Of a DNA stretch of 8,269 bases, positions 7,290 to 8,269 are shown piece by piece; positions within the stretch are counted from its first letter, which is position 1; each line of letters begins with the position of its first letter. The stretch covers positions 1 to 8,269 of the forward strand of contig CAJINV010000053.1 of NCBI GenBank assembly GCA_905178155.1, given 5' to 3'. Source of the DNA: Amoebophrya sp. A120 (taxonomy: Eukaryota > Protista > Dinoflagellata). The notes below the pieces were generated by a model. It worked only from the letters and a program-made list of their open reading frames with translations, was not told the DNA's origin and did no database searches. Both the position numbers and the translations under genes were made by a program.

Positions 7290-7672
7290 CGCAAACGCAG
7301 CATTTGCGGTTTTTCATGCATCTCACAGTGTCCAATATCTTCACAGTCTTCATCACCTTTGTAAAGCGCATTTCGTTTCTTTGTGATATCAAATGAAGAA
7401 CGTATTCGAATGCTTCTGCAGTCAAATCTTGGCAAACATTTCCACCGCTTCAGGAATGTCGTCAAGTTCTGTCAAATGAATGTTGCCGATGCCTTTCGAA
7501 TATTTATTTGTCTGTTCAGTTTTGGAATGGATTTGAATGAGAATGATAAAACTACGACACAACAAAAATGGCTAGCGTCTGCCCCACACTCTCTGCTACG
7601 CCGTTCTGTAGTTTAGCTCCAGTCAACATTTTGCAACTGTAGTCAATGGTCCGCAAATGCAGCGTTTGCGTG
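7290..7672. repeat. Module M, a further copy plus the start of the next
   Basis: Dyad at 7290 and again at 7652. TTGTGATATCAAATGAAGAACGT at 7381 is identical to 2498. CTACGACACAACAAAA...GCTAGCGTCT.CCCCAC.C.CTCTGCTACGCCGT matches ~2322-2375. Confidence 0.85.
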
Positions 7673-7825
7673 TTTCCAGATACGTTTACATTGTTTACAT
7701 TGTTTAGCACTAGTATACATGGAGTTTCGTGTTGGCACCCCTCGGTAAAAACGTATTAGAATCGGTTACGTACAGAAATTATTTCATCGTGCAAAACACA
7801 CAAGAAGAGAAAGAGAGAGCAAGAA

Positions 7826-7826
7826 N
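7826..7826. other. Single N, probable contig/scaffold join
   Basis: The N separates purine-rich sequence from an array that starts abruptly mid-monomer, without the degenerate lead-in seen at 3271-3306. Confidence 0.75.
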
Positions 7827-8269
7827 TCCGCCACCTGTGGACAGCTGTCCGCCGCCGCCTGTGGACAGCTGTCCGCCACCCGTGGACAGCTGTCCGCCGC
7901 CGCCTCTGGACAGCTGTCCGCGGACAGCTGTCCACCATCTGTTTCTGGACAGCTGTCCGCCACCTGTGGACAGCTGTCCGCCACCTGTGGACAGCTGTCC
8001 ACCACCTGTTTCTGGACAGCTGTCCGCCACCTGTGGACGGCTGTCCGCCACCTGTGGACAGCTGTCCGCCGCCGCCTGTGGACAGCTGTCCGCCACCTTG
8101 GACAGCTGTCCACCACCTGTTTCTGGACAGCTGTCCGCCACCTGTGGACAACTGTCCGCCGCCGCCTGTGGATAGCTGTCCGGCACCCGTGGACAGCTGT
8201 CGCCACCTGTGGACAGCCGTCCGCCGCCGCCTGTGGACAGCTGTCCGCCACCTTGGACAGCTGTCCGCC
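7827..8269. repeat. Second GGACAGCTGTCC satellite array, same orientation, running off the window end
   Basis: Same core and linker set as the main array. It lacks the 317-bp marker and resembles the distal zone 5690-6188. Confidence 0.97.

Noticed and set aside
7684-7706. Short tandem GTTTACATT duplication containing a forkhead-like TGTTTAC site
   Set aside because: About 2.5 copies of 9 bp; ordinary slippage with no supporting context.

Overview
No credible protein-coding or RNA gene is visible. The window is almost entirely repetitive DNA, probably eukaryotic (inference; the taxon cannot be read from the sequence). Order of parts: a ~94-bp palindrome-cored tandem repeat (1-422); a ~105-bp hairpin-bearing repeat (613-934); a complex non-coding block U (~946-2560); a ~160-bp degenerate repeat (~2860-3215); a 2.9-kb minisatellite built on the 12-bp palindrome GGACAGCTGTCC (3271-6188), whose centre is ~6.8 apparently identical copies of a 317-bp higher-order repeat; a diverged, reshuffled second copy U' (~6256-7672) containing a 163-bp near-perfect foldback; a single N at 7826; and a second GGACAGCTGTCC array. 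The long ORFs are by-products of the satellite's low complexity. The most interesting signals are the 317-bp higher-order repeat with layered flanks, the modular U/U' block reshuffled at a recurring hinge motif, a conserved 19-bp dyad with a compensatory change and fixed spacing, and the dyad symmetry at the core of most repeat families here. All alignments were done by eye.
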